Below, in pieces: positions 35,471 through 48,995 of a stretch of 64,000 nt of DNA (its first letter is position 1; each line of letters starts with the position of its first letter). The notes under the pieces are model-generated. The model saw only the letters and a list, made by a program, of their open reading frames with translations, was not told where the DNA came from and searched no databases. The translations under genes and the position numbers were made by a program. This DNA comes from Lama glama (taxonomy: Eukaryota), in the NCBI GenBank assembly GCA_028534125.1, contig CM052841.1:59272001-59336000 (forward strand), read 5' to 3'.

Positions 35471-38034
35471 AGTGGAGGGAGGGGTGGGGCTGGGGGTGGG
35501 AGGGGCAGGGGTGCGCGAAGAGGAGGAAGGGAGACCATAGAATGTGGCCCATGGTGAGAGTGCTTCACCCTGTCAGCCCCAGTGGACCCCAGACCCCCTC
35601 ACAGCCTCTCAGCCCGTGGCATGGGGCTGGAGTCAGACAGTCAGGGGTCTTGGGTGTCTGGGCAGTTACAAATCCCTCCCCTCCCCGAACGTCAGTTTTC
35701 ACCCGTCCCGGGGTCCCCATGGGGAGGCAGTTGGGAACTGCAGGGCCCGGATGCATGTTCCTTCCGATGAGAGGTGGGAGGCGCCTGAGTGTCCAGCACC
35801 CTTTGTGCCTGGCCTGGGGTGGGGCACCTCCCCTTCACCCTGTGTCCCTTCCCTGGCTCCAGGTTCAAGTTGTCACTCACCCCCTGGGTTTCTGGGTCAG
35901 TGGCCTGGCTTCCAGGTGCTTCAGGCCCTCCTGTCTCGGGAGCCCTCCTCCTCACCTGGCCTGGAGCTGCCCCTCTGGTCACCAGGCCCCCTCATCCTTC
36001 CCTTCCCCTGCCTATGCCTGTTCCCGCCACCGTGGCCCTTCACCAGCAGAGCCTGCTGCGTGCTGCTCCCCACAGGAGGGGCAGGCAGGGTGGGGCAGTA
36101 GGAAGACCCTGGGCCCAGGGTCAGACACACCTGCTGGATGACCTTGGGCCCTTTGCCTCAGTTTCCCCACCTGTAATCACCCAGCGCAGTGCCTGGGTCA
36201 TGGTAGCAGCTCGGTTTCCTTGTCCTTTTCCCCTCTCTAGCTGCTCCAGGGTTTCGAGGGGAAAAAGTGCTTTGCCAGGGCTCAGCTCATCGTGGTCTGG
36301 CCTGGGAGGCTGCTGGCCAGCAGACCTTGCGTCCCAAAGGCTTCCAGTCTCAGGGGCCAAGCAACACCACAGTGGCCACGGTGCTGGTGTTATTTACGAT
36401 GGATGGAGAAGCTGGGAGCTGCTGCCACCCCGAAACCCACCAGAGACTCTGCGCCTTCCTGCTAAATGTCACACGTGCCAATAGGACATGACATTCAGAA
36501 AATCACCATTCATAGCCTTGCACGTCCCCACTTAAATGCTGTAATGAGGATTAGCTAACATCACAGCATAAATAACACCCCAGCCGGGCCCTCCACGGAG
36601 GCCTGAGGTGGCCCTAGGGGCTCAGGGGTCCTGTGCTGGGGGGTCTGTGCCTGGAGCCTGGGGCAGACCACATGTGAGGCCCCCCTCCCAGAATGGAGCT
36701 TGGAAGAGACTCTTGAGGCTTTAGTGCCAGGCAGGGGCTTCCCGCTGTGGCTGTCCCACTGTTGGAGGTGCCCATATGCAATCTTGGCTCTGCCGCTCCT
36801 GCTGGGTGACCCTGGGCAAGTTCCCGAACCTCTCTGAGCTTGGTACTTCATCAGGTGGTTACTGGTATCGTTAGAAGTGGGTTAAGAGCTTGGGCTTCCT
36901 GAACAGAAAGCCAGGAGTTGAGTGGCTGTGACTCTGCCCCTTACTAGCTCCTGTGTGGCTCTCAGTTTCCTCATCTGTGAGATGGGTACAGTCATCCCCG
37001 CACAGGGCCCAGCACAGCAGCTGTACGTGGCAGGTGCTTAGCAAAGATTAGCTCGGGTCCTGCCTTCTACCCCATGCCCCCTTCCCAGGCTGGGAGTGTG
37101 TTCTGGGTCAGTCCCTGTCTCCCCTGTGCCACTCGACTGCCTGGACAAATGGGCCACAACTTTGCCTCTGGCTGCTTTGGGAAAAGATGATTGCTCAGAA
37201 GTGAAAAGCCCCTGAACAAAAACCTGGTGCCGAGTGTGTGAGTTGTCCCCCCCAGCCCCACGGGCCTGGCTCACAGGAGAGCCCCTAGGAAGGATGCTGG
37301 TGTGAACTGCAGACAAGGGTGTGTTTCGGTTTCCTTATTCTAGGACCTTCGGTTACTTACGGCTCACTCAGTGCAGCCTCGGGGGGCTTTTAGTTTTTTG
37401 GTTCGTTTTTGCTGGAGTATGATCTTCCAGGCGCAGAATAGGTGAATGCACATTGAAACTAGGGGTCCTCTTGAGAATGTCAAGCCCCCTTCCTTGAGGG
37501 TCTTGCCGTGCTTGTTAACAATTACGTGTACTGAGATTTGCTGGCTCCGAGCAGGGGGCACAGCCCTGATGTAATCACCAGGCATGTCTTGGGTGTGGCC
37601 AGGCCAGGGCCAGGGCAGAGAGTCCACACCAGTCACTCCTGCAGGGAACTCCCTGTCGGGCAGTAGGGAAGAGCTGGACGTGTGTCCAGGAAATTCCAGA
37701 AAAATTGTGATTGAGAGCAGCCTTCAAGATATGGTCCAGGCATCCCTTCAGCAAAGCGGTCCGGGACACCCACTCCAAGCCAGGCCCACCCCACCCTCAG
37801 GGAGTCTGCCGCTCATGGGGGTGCACAGATGACCACGGAGGGTGATTCGGGTTAATGCAGTGACGTGAACACAGTGCCCTTCGTTCCACGTTTATTGTTT
37901 CTCAGCAGCCTGATCACCCAGTCCATGCCAGGCCTCGCCTGCCTGCTAGGACAGGACAGGGCAGTACCCTGGAGCCGTCCTCCCTCTCAGCCAGTCACCC
38001 CAGCCTGTCTGTGTGTCTGTCTCCCCCACCACAG

Positions 38035-38143
38035 TACTTCAAGAAGCAGAAGCGGCTCATTCCTGAGAGGACAGTGTGGAAGTATTTCGTGCAGCTGTGC
38101 AGCGCCGTGGAGCACATGCACTCCCGCCGGGTGATGCACCGAG
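38035..38143 (+). CDS. NEK6: NEK6 coding exon 5 (aa 136-171): [36 protein letters not shown]
   Basis: ccacag|TAC acceptor, GAG|gtacgt donor, 109 nt; HRD motif split across the intron (G|AC). Confidence 0.97.
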
Positions 38144-39222
38144 GTACGTGCTGGCCTCCCCCCAACCCCTGCTCGGGGCTGTGCGGCCAGAGCCCGTGGG
38201 AGGGCGGGGCCCCGGGATGCAGCTTTCCCCGTGGTTCCTCCCGGCCTCTCGGGATATCCGTGAGGAAGTTGGACCACTTTGTACTCCCAGTGGTGGGTGT
38301 CCAGCATCTCATTTGTCCTTCTGGGGTCAGAGAATGGGCTTGTGAGGCCTCAGGCTCGACTGCACACATGTACCTCATGCTCCATGTCAAGGGCCCCCCA
38401 TGGTGGGGGCACCAAATGCCAGATAGTTAATGGACCCCAGAAATGGGAACCCTGCTCAGCACATAATGTCCAGCCCCCGACAGCAGCCCAGAGCCAGCAA
38501 AGAGAAGGCTGCAGCAAGGATGGGGTGGAGAGGCTGGCAGGGGGTGGCCCAGTCATCGCCAGTTCTGGTACTGCCACCACTTCTGCCTAGGAGGGCAGGG
38601 AAAGCATCCTGGAAAAGGGAACTTTTAATATGGGCTTTGAAGTCTTAGTAGGAGTTGGCTGGGCAGAAGAGATGAGTGTTTCTGAAACAACATCCCAAGT
38701 TGTAAGGAAAGAGCCCACTGGGTGCCAGGCAAGATGCTGGGTGCTTTATGTAGATTACTTCACTGATTCCTCCTTTCATTCATTCCACCTGCATTTATCA
38801 GTGTCTGCTGTGTGCAAGGCACGGCCCTAGTCATTGGGGAACAACACAGGTTACCTCACTGAGCACCTCCTTCATTTGTTACACGAATTTTCAAAGTGCC
38901 TACCCTATCTGTAAAAGAGGAAACAACAGCACAAAAATCCTTGCCCTCCTAGACCTCACTTATGGCAGCCCTGTGACATAAGTTGATTTACACCCATTTT
39001 ACAGGTAAGAAAACTGAGGCTAAGTTTTTCAGGGCCCCACAGCTGGGCAGAGCCATGGTCAGGGCCTTGTCCTGAGGGAGCAGGACTGAGGGCTGAGTCT
39101 CCATCTCATAAGGGGCCTTCCCCTCTGCCCATCCCAAAGCCACTTCCTCCCTGGTCTCTCCCCAAGCCATCCCCACCCAGAGGTGGGGATCCCACACCAG
39201 CCCCCTTCTCCTTGCCCTGCAG

Positions 39223-39330
39223 ACATCAAGCCCGCCAACGTGTTCATCACAGCCACAGGCATCGTGAAACTCGGTGACCTGGGCCTGGGCCGCTTCTTCA
39301 GCTCTGAGACCACCGCAGCCCACTCTCTAG
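39223..39330 (+). CDS. NEK6: NEK6 coding exon 6 (aa 172-207): [39 protein letters not shown] motif and activation-loop S206
   Basis: ctgcag|AC acceptor, TAG|gtaagg donor, 108 nt phase 1-1. Confidence 0.97.
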
Positions 39331-41933
39331 GTAAGGGGGCCCGGCCACGCCCCAGCTACCCCTAGGGGCCTGGGTGACATGGGGAGAGGGTAACCCTGTC
39401 CCCCGGTGCCTTTGGTTAGTTAGTCCAGGGAAGTGCCTCGTTGAACCCCAGCTCTCCTCTGCAGAACAGTGACCAGAGGGAGGCAAACCGAGGCCTGGAG
39501 GAGTCCTGGCTGGGGCTCCCCTGCAGTGTCACGCCCTCATGCTGTGTCCAGGATGGGATGGCGGAGCCCACTCCAGGGAGAGGTGGCCCTGAGGTCACAC
39601 AGACAGCCATCTGTCTTTCTCATTGCTGCGTGGTGTCCCATCGCACAGGCCACCACACTTGGCCCATTCCTCCTGCTGGGAGACAATTGAGCTGTTCCCA
39701 GTTTTTGGCTTTTAAACAGGCAGTTTTGAAGCTGTGGGGGCCACGTCCTCACCCAGTAGTGGTGACCTTGTAGCTGAACTGTGGGGAGTGAATAGGAACT
39801 GGCAGGACATGAAGGAAGGGATGAGGTGAGCAGGGTCGAGGGACCCTGAGTGGCAAGGAAGGCAGGCTGGGCCTTAAAGGCCAGGCTCAGTGGACGGGCG
39901 TCATCCCAGGAGTGCTGGGGCGCTAAGGGCTGGATGCTGGAAGAGACTTTGTGGGCAGATGTGTGTTTTGGGTCGCGTGAAGCATCGTCCAGCTTCAGAA
40001 TCTACATGCCGGGGACATGAGTGATTGCAGAACTAGGACCAATGGAGAGTTTTACATCTAATTAGAATACAGAAACCAGCAAAGTCCCCAGTGGAACATG
40101 GAGTAGGGGCCCCTGTGCACCGTGGGTAGGGCCATGTGGGAACGTTTCATGATGGGACAGGGGTGCAGGGGCATTCCCCCTTTCCCCGAGCAGCTCCTGG
40201 CTCTCTGAGGTGGTGTTTGCAGGGGCAGGCACTCAAGGCTCACCTCCCCGTGGGCTGCCCCGTCCACAGGAGGGAGCTGAGCCCCGTGTGCAGGCCAGCC
40301 GCCTTGAAACCACTCAGTTCGCCACTGGCCCCACTCCACGGCTCAGCCAGTGCGTCTCGTTCCTCCAATCCCCAAGAGCCTGCAGCATGCCACAAGTGCA
40401 CACAGCATCTTCTGGTGACAGCAGAGGTGCTTTCTGGAAGACACACTTTCCTGGTGGAAACTGTCACTGTTCATACAGGTCTGGATGGCTGGAGGCTCTG
40501 AGGGTGTAGCACACAGTCTGGAGAAACACGCTAGCTCTGCAGATAACAGCTCCCAGCTGCGTGTCAGAGTGAGCGTGAGTGAGTGTGGTTGTTTTCAAGC
40601 CCTTGTCCCCGTCTGACCCTGGAGGACACTGGACCTGGCCTCCTTAGCTGCTGGTGTGTCATGGCTCTTCCATGAGGTTGGAATGAAAGGATGTTCAAGG
40701 ATCCGCCATCCCGTGTGCGAGTTCACAATATTTCATTCATTCACGCCTCAGACAGATGTCAGGGTCCTTCCTTTGTGCCGACGAGGAAGCTAAAATACAG
40801 GGAGCTTGAATGGTTCCTGTAAGTCATGCAGACCCAGGAGCCACATGCAGGCCTCCCCTGGCAGAGCCCACACTTCTGCTAGAGACCAGGGGTGAGGGCG
40901 AGAAGGATCTCCCTCCAGAGCCTGGCCACTGACTCCCCGTCCCGGGGAGGAAGCTGTCTTTCCTGCTCGGCTCAGATCCTTCTCTTTGGGGCAATCAGTG
41001 TCTCTTGTCAGTTTGGGACTGTTTACCTCTCCTGTTTAAGAGTTTCAAAAAGGCCAGATATTCAAGGAAAACCGTCAAAGGGAAGAGTTAAAGCCACTGC
41101 CTCCTGTCCCCTGTCAGTCAGGCCCCAGCCCTCCTCCATCCCGCTGGGGAAAAGACTGCGGCACTCGTCACAGCCGGTTAAGATCACATCATTAGAAACG
41201 GGCAGAAATGCGGGTTCGTCCGACAGCGTGACTTTATCGACTTGGACTGGTGCACTTATTATATTAATGAGAAGGAATTGGAACTTGGGGAAAGGCCGCC
41301 CGGGTGAGCTGGGCTCTTCCTGAGGCCTCCGAGTGGCTGACAGACCGCGTGGAGGGTGGAGGGAGCCCTCCTGGGGCCGTTTGCCCACCAAGCCGAGAGG
41401 CCTGCATGGGGCTCGGCAGGGCCCTGCTCCTGGAACCCTGAACCCAGAACCAAGGGCCAGGTCTCATGATGGTGTCAGCGCCAAGCTGAAGCCCAGGACC
41501 TCAAGTTTCCAAGATGCAGGAGAAAGACGCCCTTTCCATAGCGAGGGTCTGCAGACAGCTAAGTCTCATACACACGTTTGGTGGGTAGAAGATTGAATTA
41601 ATTGCAGTTGGCACGTGACGCAGGAAGGACTTGGGGGCGGAGGTTCCTTCACACCCTGCGCATGGGTGTAAATCATGCGTCAGTCACATCTTTGCGCACC
41701 TACTATGTGGGGATGCTCTGGTGGCCGCCACGTTGCCCCAGCAACCACCTTGTCTCCCAAGGCTGCTGACCCACAACAGAGCTTATGCAAATCCCATCTC
41801 CTCCTGCCGCCCCCTCCCCCAGCCCCCTCCCCACCTCCGTATTTGCTAACACGAGGCTGGCATGAAAGGGCATTAGTCATGCCATGGCCGGGCTGACAGG
41901 TGCGGTACCCAGCGGTGGCAGAGCGGCTGCCTC

Positions 41934-42073
41934 NNNNNNNNNNNNNNNNNNNNNNNNNNNNNNNNNNNNNNNNNNNNNNNNNNNNNNNNNNNNNNNNNNN
42001 NNNNNNNNNNNNNNNNNNNNNNNNNNNNNNNNNNNNNNNNNNNNNNNNNNNNNNNNNNNNNNNNNNNNNNNNN
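41934..42073. other. Assembly gap (N run)
   Basis: N run in intron. Confidence 0.99.
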
Positions 42074-45000
42074 AATGAAAGATTTGCCTACACACAGCTC
42101 ACAAGCTACAAGCAAGTGTCTCGCTCCAAGCAACGGGAGCAGCTGCAAGACAAATTGTGGGGCCGGGCAAGCAGGCCCTGCCCGCGCGGCAGCCGAGACA
42201 GGGCAGCCTGGGGCTGGGAACAGGGTGGGGGGCGAGGCCGGCTCACACCCAGGCCTTGAGCAGGGCCCCACACTGCCTCTCGGGGGGCGGGGGGTCTAGG
42301 GGAACAGGTCTGGTTGGAGGCGACCCCTGTGGTCAGGGCAAGCTGGCTTTCCCAGGCCGGTGGCCCCTGGCCTGGCTGAGGGGTGTTAAGCCCTTCCTTC
42401 TCTCTTCCTGGAGCCGAATGCCCTGGCCCTGGGCTGGACAGGAGATTATGCAGCCTCCCCTGCTCTCAGGGGCCCCCAGGCTGGTTGGGAGACATTCCTG
42501 GGTAGCCTGTATGGGGATGGGTGGAACCGTCTCCTGCGGGCCCACGTGCACAGGCTCAGAGCTGGGCGCAGTGACTCAGCTGGGCCCGGAGAGCCCAGGG
42601 ATCGCCCGAGGCCTGGAGCTGCCTCCGCCCCTCCCAGGGCTGCCCTTTGCTTCCATTGCCTGTAGTCACCAAGCTCACCAAAGAGGTGCGTTAACAAGAG
42701 GACAAGGCTCTTAAAGGATGTGTAAAAACATTTTGGCTTCTTAAAAAATTATCCCAACAAGCTTATTATCTTCATTCGACAGGTGAGGAAACTGAGGCTC
42801 AGAGAGACGCTACACATTCCTGTCGCTCCCAGGCAAGCAGGGACTGGAGCCCCTTGGGAGATCAGCTCCTCTCGGGCACCAGCCCACTGCGTCCTGGGAG
42901 GTGGGCTCGGGGCCCGACAAGTTCTCTGGGTGGGGAACGCTGAGGGTCAAGGAAGCCCACCTGACCTCGCCGCCCTGGGCGCAGGGCGGGAGGTTGTGCC
43001 TCCTCTCCTAGTCACGCCAGCAGTCCCAGGAGTGCGCCCACGGCCAGTGCCCCTGGGGCCTGGTTGGTGTAGGCTCAGACCACTGTGCAGATGTGTCCAT
43101 GGCCACCTCCTGCTTCCAGCAGCCCAGGACACCTAGGAACAATTGGCCTGGAAACCTGCTTGAGCAGAGAGAGCCCAGGTTCTGAGCACTGACACCTGGG
43201 TGGGAGGTCAGGCGCAGCCACATGTGGCTGGCAAATGGCTCCTGGCTTGTCTGCAGTGTCCTTGGCATTTTCAGGGGCACAAACTGTTAGAACAAGATGA
43301 GCTGGTGCCAAAGAGGGAAGAGAAGAGTCTCAAGGGGATAGCAAATAAGGAATCGATCCGGGCCTAGGATACAAACTACGGTTTGTTTATTCACTCACTC
43401 AAGGCGGCTCACCCACCTGGAAGGCCCCTGCCCTCTGGACCTTACGGCCTGGAGGGGAAATCTGCTTGGCATCCTCACTGGGAGCCAAGCACTGTTCCAA
43501 TAATCATGTGCCAAGAGTTGTCTCCTTTAGTGCTCCAGCCGCCCTGGGGGTGGGAACCATCACAGCCAGTTAACAGGGGAGGAAGCCAGAGCGGCGGGGG
43601 GGGGGGGGAGCCAGGCGGGTGATCCGGCCAGAGCCACGCGGCGGGTGAGGCATGGCCACGTGCGAGTTTCCCACCCGGGGCTCCCTGAACCTCCTTGGAC
43701 GAGACCCTGATACCTGGAAAACGCAAGGGGCTGTGTGGGATTGCAGCATCGTGCTACCTGACCTTCACATCTGTTAGAGATAGTCACTGCGGGGGCTAAA
43801 AATAGGCAGATATTTGTGTAGATGTAAACAATCTGGAATCCAGTTGACACTGATAAAAGTACAATGTTTTTTCAACATCACTGCTTCTCCAGAGGGCGTG
43901 TAGCCTGGCATGGGGTCGGCTGGTAATTAATTTGAGGAGGACTTGATAACAAGTGGTGGCACAGGTGAGCCTGGTGGGGAGCGGCAGTGTGTGTGTTGCT
44001 GCCCAGAGATCCAGTGTCGGGAGGGCGGTGGCGAGAGTCCGGGGAGGCCTCGAACGCCAGGCTGAGGACCCAGCCTTTCTTGGGGGATGAGGAGCCAGTC
44101 GGCCCTGGGGGCGGGGACATGGCGCCTTCCTTGAGGTGCAGGACAGCGGTGGGGCTAAGCCAGCCAGTCATCCAGGTGAGGAGCCATCCAGGGGGCTGGC
44201 AGGGAGGGGAGAACCCTCAGAATGTGAGTCCTGATGGACGTTGGGGGCGGGGAGGAGTTTCATAGGACGAGATCGAACGCAGATCACGCCGCCCTACACA
44301 GAGGACTCAGGTCCGCCCTGCTCCCGTGTTCTGCGCCCACTCACCTTTCCTCAGGCCACCCTCTCCCACCCCCAGGGGGCTGTGAGCAGCAGAGCCTTCC
44401 CAGAGCCCTTCTACCTGCATCTCCGTGTGCAGGAGGTTGTACTATACCCATTTTTCAGAGAGGGAGATCAAGGCCCCCAGGTGTGGAGGGGACACTCCTG
44501 GGGGCCATCAGGTTCACCCCTGGGTCTCGCCAATGGGGAAATGAGGCTGAGAGAGAACATTTTAGTTCTCTGCTAGCGGACGGTTGAGAGCCGGCTGGGT
44601 GCAGCTCTGCGTCCGTCCAGGGCCCGCCAGCGATGCCAGGATTACGCCCCGGCTCTGCCCGCCCGGAGGAGGGATGGCGGCGCCCACACCCCATTTCCCC
44701 AGCCATTTTCAAAGCCACCATCTGGGGAAGAAGTGCAGCCCGCGGATGCCAGCCTCTCCTTCACGGGAAATCTTTGCCTTTTTCATATCTAATGAACATG
44801 TTTCAAACACCACGAGGATTTCAAAACACGGCCAAGTTTGTTTTGACAGGAGTGGCGCATCTCGGGAAAGCGGGTCCCTTTAATCAGCCTCCACTTTGAG
44901 ATCCCCGTTCTCCTCAGATATCTGCCTGGTTTGAAATCTGGGAGTTCTGGGTACAGAGGCAGGGAGGGTCAGGGTTTGCTAGGCTCCTCTTTCATATGCA

Positions 45001-45699
45001 GAGCTCCGACCGCCACTAGGAGAGGGTGGAGACGGCGGCGCTGGGAGCCCGCGGGCCTGGCGGGAAACTTACTGGGAGGGGATTTGAGACCCTGGCTGGG
45101 TTCGCTCTGCGTCTGAGCATCTCCGTGAGACTGCTGCTGCTTTGTCAGCTGTGAGTGCCCACAGAGGTCCCCGTGGGGCAGGACAAGGGGCCGGGCCGGC
45201 GTGGCCTTCAGGGCCCCTGTCCATTGGAGGCTCCTTCTGCCAGCTTCTCCTGCTCCCTGAGATTTGGGGTCCCATCCTCCAGGGCCCACTGCAAGCTTGG
45301 AACTTCTTTGAAGTCTCTCATTTTATCTTGAAAAGTCATGCAAGTTGTGCATCACCCTTCATAATGCCTGAGTACTTGTCGGTACAAAAGTCAGGTTTTG
45401 TAGACTTGTTCCCCGGGAAAGCCGGCCAAACGGGAAGAGGTGCTGTGTTCTTCCCCTGCAGCTTTGTACACCCTGGCACAGGTTGAGGACCCTCCGATGA
45501 GGCAGAGCACCCCAACTTTAAGACTCCCAGATTAAGGGGGAGTAACCCATCTCCTAGGTCAGAGACAGGGCCTCAGGGACCAGTGCCCAGAGGAGACAGG
45601 CTGAACTTCCTGCAGTTAATGCTTCATGAATTAATTTGTTCCACGGATGTTTCTGAGCATCTAAGAGGAGGGCGGGTGGGTGAGGTTTTGCACAGCTCC

Positions 45700-45845
45700 C
45701 CTCAGGTTGTAACATGTATCAGACTCTCCCAGGAGCTGGTGGGAGACACAAGTGTCCAAGTTCCAGCCCTGGAGAGTCATCCCCCAGGCCTGGGGTTGGG
45801 CCAGGGAGCCAGATTTTAACAACTTCCTCCAGGTGACCCAGCTAC
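45700..45845. mobile_element. hAT-Charlie MER5A-like relic
   Basis: atcagactctcccaggagctgg ... ggcctggggttgggccaggga ... attttaacaacttcctccaggtga. Confidence 0.55.
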
Positions 45846-45994
45846 AGCCACAGATCAGCCTAGTCTTTCCTTGTTCAACTGGCTCCTTCTGGACACTTCC
45901 TGGGACAGGCAACTCATTGCCTCCTGATGGACCCTCTCTTGGGAGGGCCCAGCACAGTGTCAGGGCTCAGTTAACATTGGATGCAGATGGACAG

Positions 45995-46024
45995 ATGGAT
46001 GTGGATGGATGGATGGATGGATGG
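45995..46024 (+). repeat. (GGAT)n microsatellite
   Basis: tggatgtggatggatggatggatggatgg. Confidence 0.8.
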
Positions 46025-48134
46025 CGTATGCAGCCCTGGCATCTTAGAAGAAAGTACAAAAACACATTTGGGTGTTTGCCTTTTTCTCCTTGTACCAGCA
46101 GAAACTAGGATAAAAGCAGAAAGCAATGTCGAGGAAGAAGGTTGGGTGGAGAGTAGAGGGAAGGGGTAGGGTCGCTCCGACCTTCCTCTCCCGGGTGCTC
46201 CAAGGCTTTTACCACAAGCAGGGCTGAGGCAGGGATCTGGAGCCCTGGAAGGGGACAGAGGGACAAACCAAATGTCCAGACCTCCTTGAGTAGCCAGCTT
46301 TCCCTGGCCATGGGAGGGGGCAGCTTAACTAGACCTTGAGCTCACCAGCGGGCAGAGGCACAGGTGAACTGGAGAGCAGGTCCAGGATGGGGCTGCGGTG
46401 GCCAGTGGGGGTCGGGGAGCTACTCAAAGCCTTTACTTTCAGATCATTCTGGCTAAGGCACCCCAGACTAAAGCCTGGCCAGGTCATCTCTCCCCCGAGA
46501 CCCTTCTGTAGAGGCCCAGGTGGATCTAGAATGAGCAGAGGGTAAGACTGAGATGTCGGGCCAGCCTGCGCTCCCTGCCAGGAGGGGGCTTGGCCAGGGG
46601 TCTTAGGGGTGCAGTGCAGCCAGACGGTGGACGCTGCCGACCCTCGCTGAGGACAGGGCTTCTGAGTTCCACCCCTCCCCCACTTCTCTGTGTGTAGCCC
46701 ACCAGCTCCCCGTGGTTGTCCTGTGTGGGAGACAGTTCTCACCTCATCGGCATGTCCACCCACAGCACTGGAATCACTTATATCTTGGTCTGAGGTTCCC
46801 GCTGTTAAGTGAGAACTGTTTAAATTTCATCCTGTGGTTCGGATATGACAAGCCATCCATTTCACACTTGCCCGTTCATTTTCGTTTTGCTCCCTTGTGA
46901 CCGAAATATACAAGGGTTTGCTCCTGGAAGTCGCAGTTTGCTTATAGAATCCCATACGGATTCGTATGTTGACTGACAGCTCTTTCTGCTGAATAGCAAT
47001 TAGCCCCCTGATGTCAGCCATAAAGTATGCATGTAGGATGACACATTTCTCAAAACATGTATTTAAGTGATGGCTACTGTCTTGGTTTGGGGATTATTGC
47101 CATCAAAGTGTGCTTGGTTTCCTGATAAAGCAATAATCAGGTAGTCCCCTCCTGAGCAGACATCAGTTAAGTAAACAGTACGTTAGGCTGCAAAAAAAAA
47201 GTGTTAACCCTGACACAGGCTATCTGATAACATGCGGGTGGATTTATTGACTCATTGAGTAAATGCTTAGAAGGCATCTGCTGTGACCGGTCCTGAGCAG
47301 GGCACTAGGACACTTTGGTAACAAGGTCCTGCCTTCTGGGGAGCGCACCCTAGGAACAAGGGTTTCCAACACTGTTCACAGCCTCTACAAGTCAGCGGTG
47401 GCAGAATCTCTCACCCATCCATCGCCAATGAGATGAGAAAAGTAAGAAGATGATAAAGTTTTCAAACAGCTAAACTTTTTCAATGCAGATACTGTCCTCG
47501 ATCTCAAGATTTTTTTCTGCTTATTCTCGTATTAAACTGAATAGTGGTGACACCACATGGTAATTGGGATTTTGTGGTTTTTAAAAACACCTTTACTTGG
47601 CAAAATTCGGTTGCTGTGAAACATGGCCCATGACAGCCTGAAGTCTGGGCCCCTGCTTTGGGGGCTCCCATCACTTTCCTGGTCCAGCTCCCCAAAAGGC
47701 CTCTTCTCCCATGGTGGCCTGTGTTTCTGTGGTGCTGGACATCACTCCTTCCTACGGTCATCAGCCCACATCCCTAGGCTCAGCCTCTGCCACGCTGGAC
47801 TCCAGCTCCCTACACAGACTCTGACCAAAGCAGCAGCAGCCTCCATCATGTTCACGTGGTATCTCCAGGCCAGTGAAAATGTGTGGCACCTTTAAAATCC
47901 TAAAGCCTCCAGATCAGTCATCCTCCAAATGGACTGAGAGCAGAATCTCAGGTTGCAGATCTCTGGTTGCCCATCCAGATTCCTAGGCCCCTCTTCAGCC
48001 CTGCCAAGTCAGCCCCTCTGCTGCAGCTTGCATGCCTCTGGTGATGGGGAGCTCACCTCCTCACAAAATCTTCCCATCTTTGCCCAGCTCCAGATCTCCA
48101 AAAGTGTGCCCCCTCCAAGTTTTCCTGTTCTTAA

Positions 48135-48995
48135 TAAAAATGGAATCAAATAGTGTGTGCTCTTTTGTGCCTGACTGCTTTCCCTCAACACTGCGCCTGT
48201 GAGATTTTTCCATTTTGTGGCACATACCTGAGATTTGTTCTTGTTCATTGCTGTTCAGTGTTCATTGTGAGAGGACCACATTATCCATTTATCCTTTCTG
48301 CTGGTGATTACCACTTGTCTCCAGTTTCTGGCTCTTATGAATAAAGCCACTCTGCATTTCCTTGATCATGTCTCCTGATGGACAGCTGCAGTCACTGCTC
48401 TTGGGCACATACCTAGGAGCAGAATTGCCGGGTTATACAATGTCACCAGTGTTCGGCTGTAGTAGATCCTGCCAACAGTTTTCCAAGGTGGTTGTGCCAT
48501 TTTATGGCCCCATCAGCAATGCATGAAGGTTCTATTTGCTCCACACATCACCACTTTGGTTTATCTCAGTCTTTTTAACTTTAACCATTCAGGTAGGTGG
48601 GTGGTGGTACCTCACTGTGCTTTAAATTTGCATTGTCCTGAGAAGTAATGAGAAACACAACGTCATTTCATGTGCTTGTTGGCCATTTGGATATTCTCCT
48701 TTGTGAGAGGCCCCTTCAAGTCTTTCGCTCAATTGAGGGAGGGGGATGTTTGTCTTTTATATACTGGTTCATTGAAATTTTAAAATATATTCTATATGTA
48801 AGGCCATTGTTGGGTATATGTGTTGAGACGGTTTTCTCCCAGTCTGTGGCTTGCCTTTTAACTCTCTGAATGGTCTTTTGGTGAACTAGAGTTCACCAAA
48901 TTTTCCTAATTTTTGCTAATTTTAATGAAGTCCAGTTAATCCATCTTTTCTTTTATGGTTAGTGTCTTTTCTGCGCTGCTGAAGAAATCTTAGCA
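48135..48995 (-). mobile_element. Ancient L1M (L1MC/ME-like) 3' fragment
   Basis: aatggaatcaaatagtgtgtgctcttttgtg, atacctaggagcagaattgc, ttaaatttgcattgtcctg, ttggccatttggatattctcc, ttctcccagtctgtggcttgcc; no intact ORF. Confidence 0.85.

Noticed and set aside
39272-39290. DLG instead of DFG in the kinase
   Set aside because: Known normal signature of NEK6/NEK7, not a pseudokinase sign
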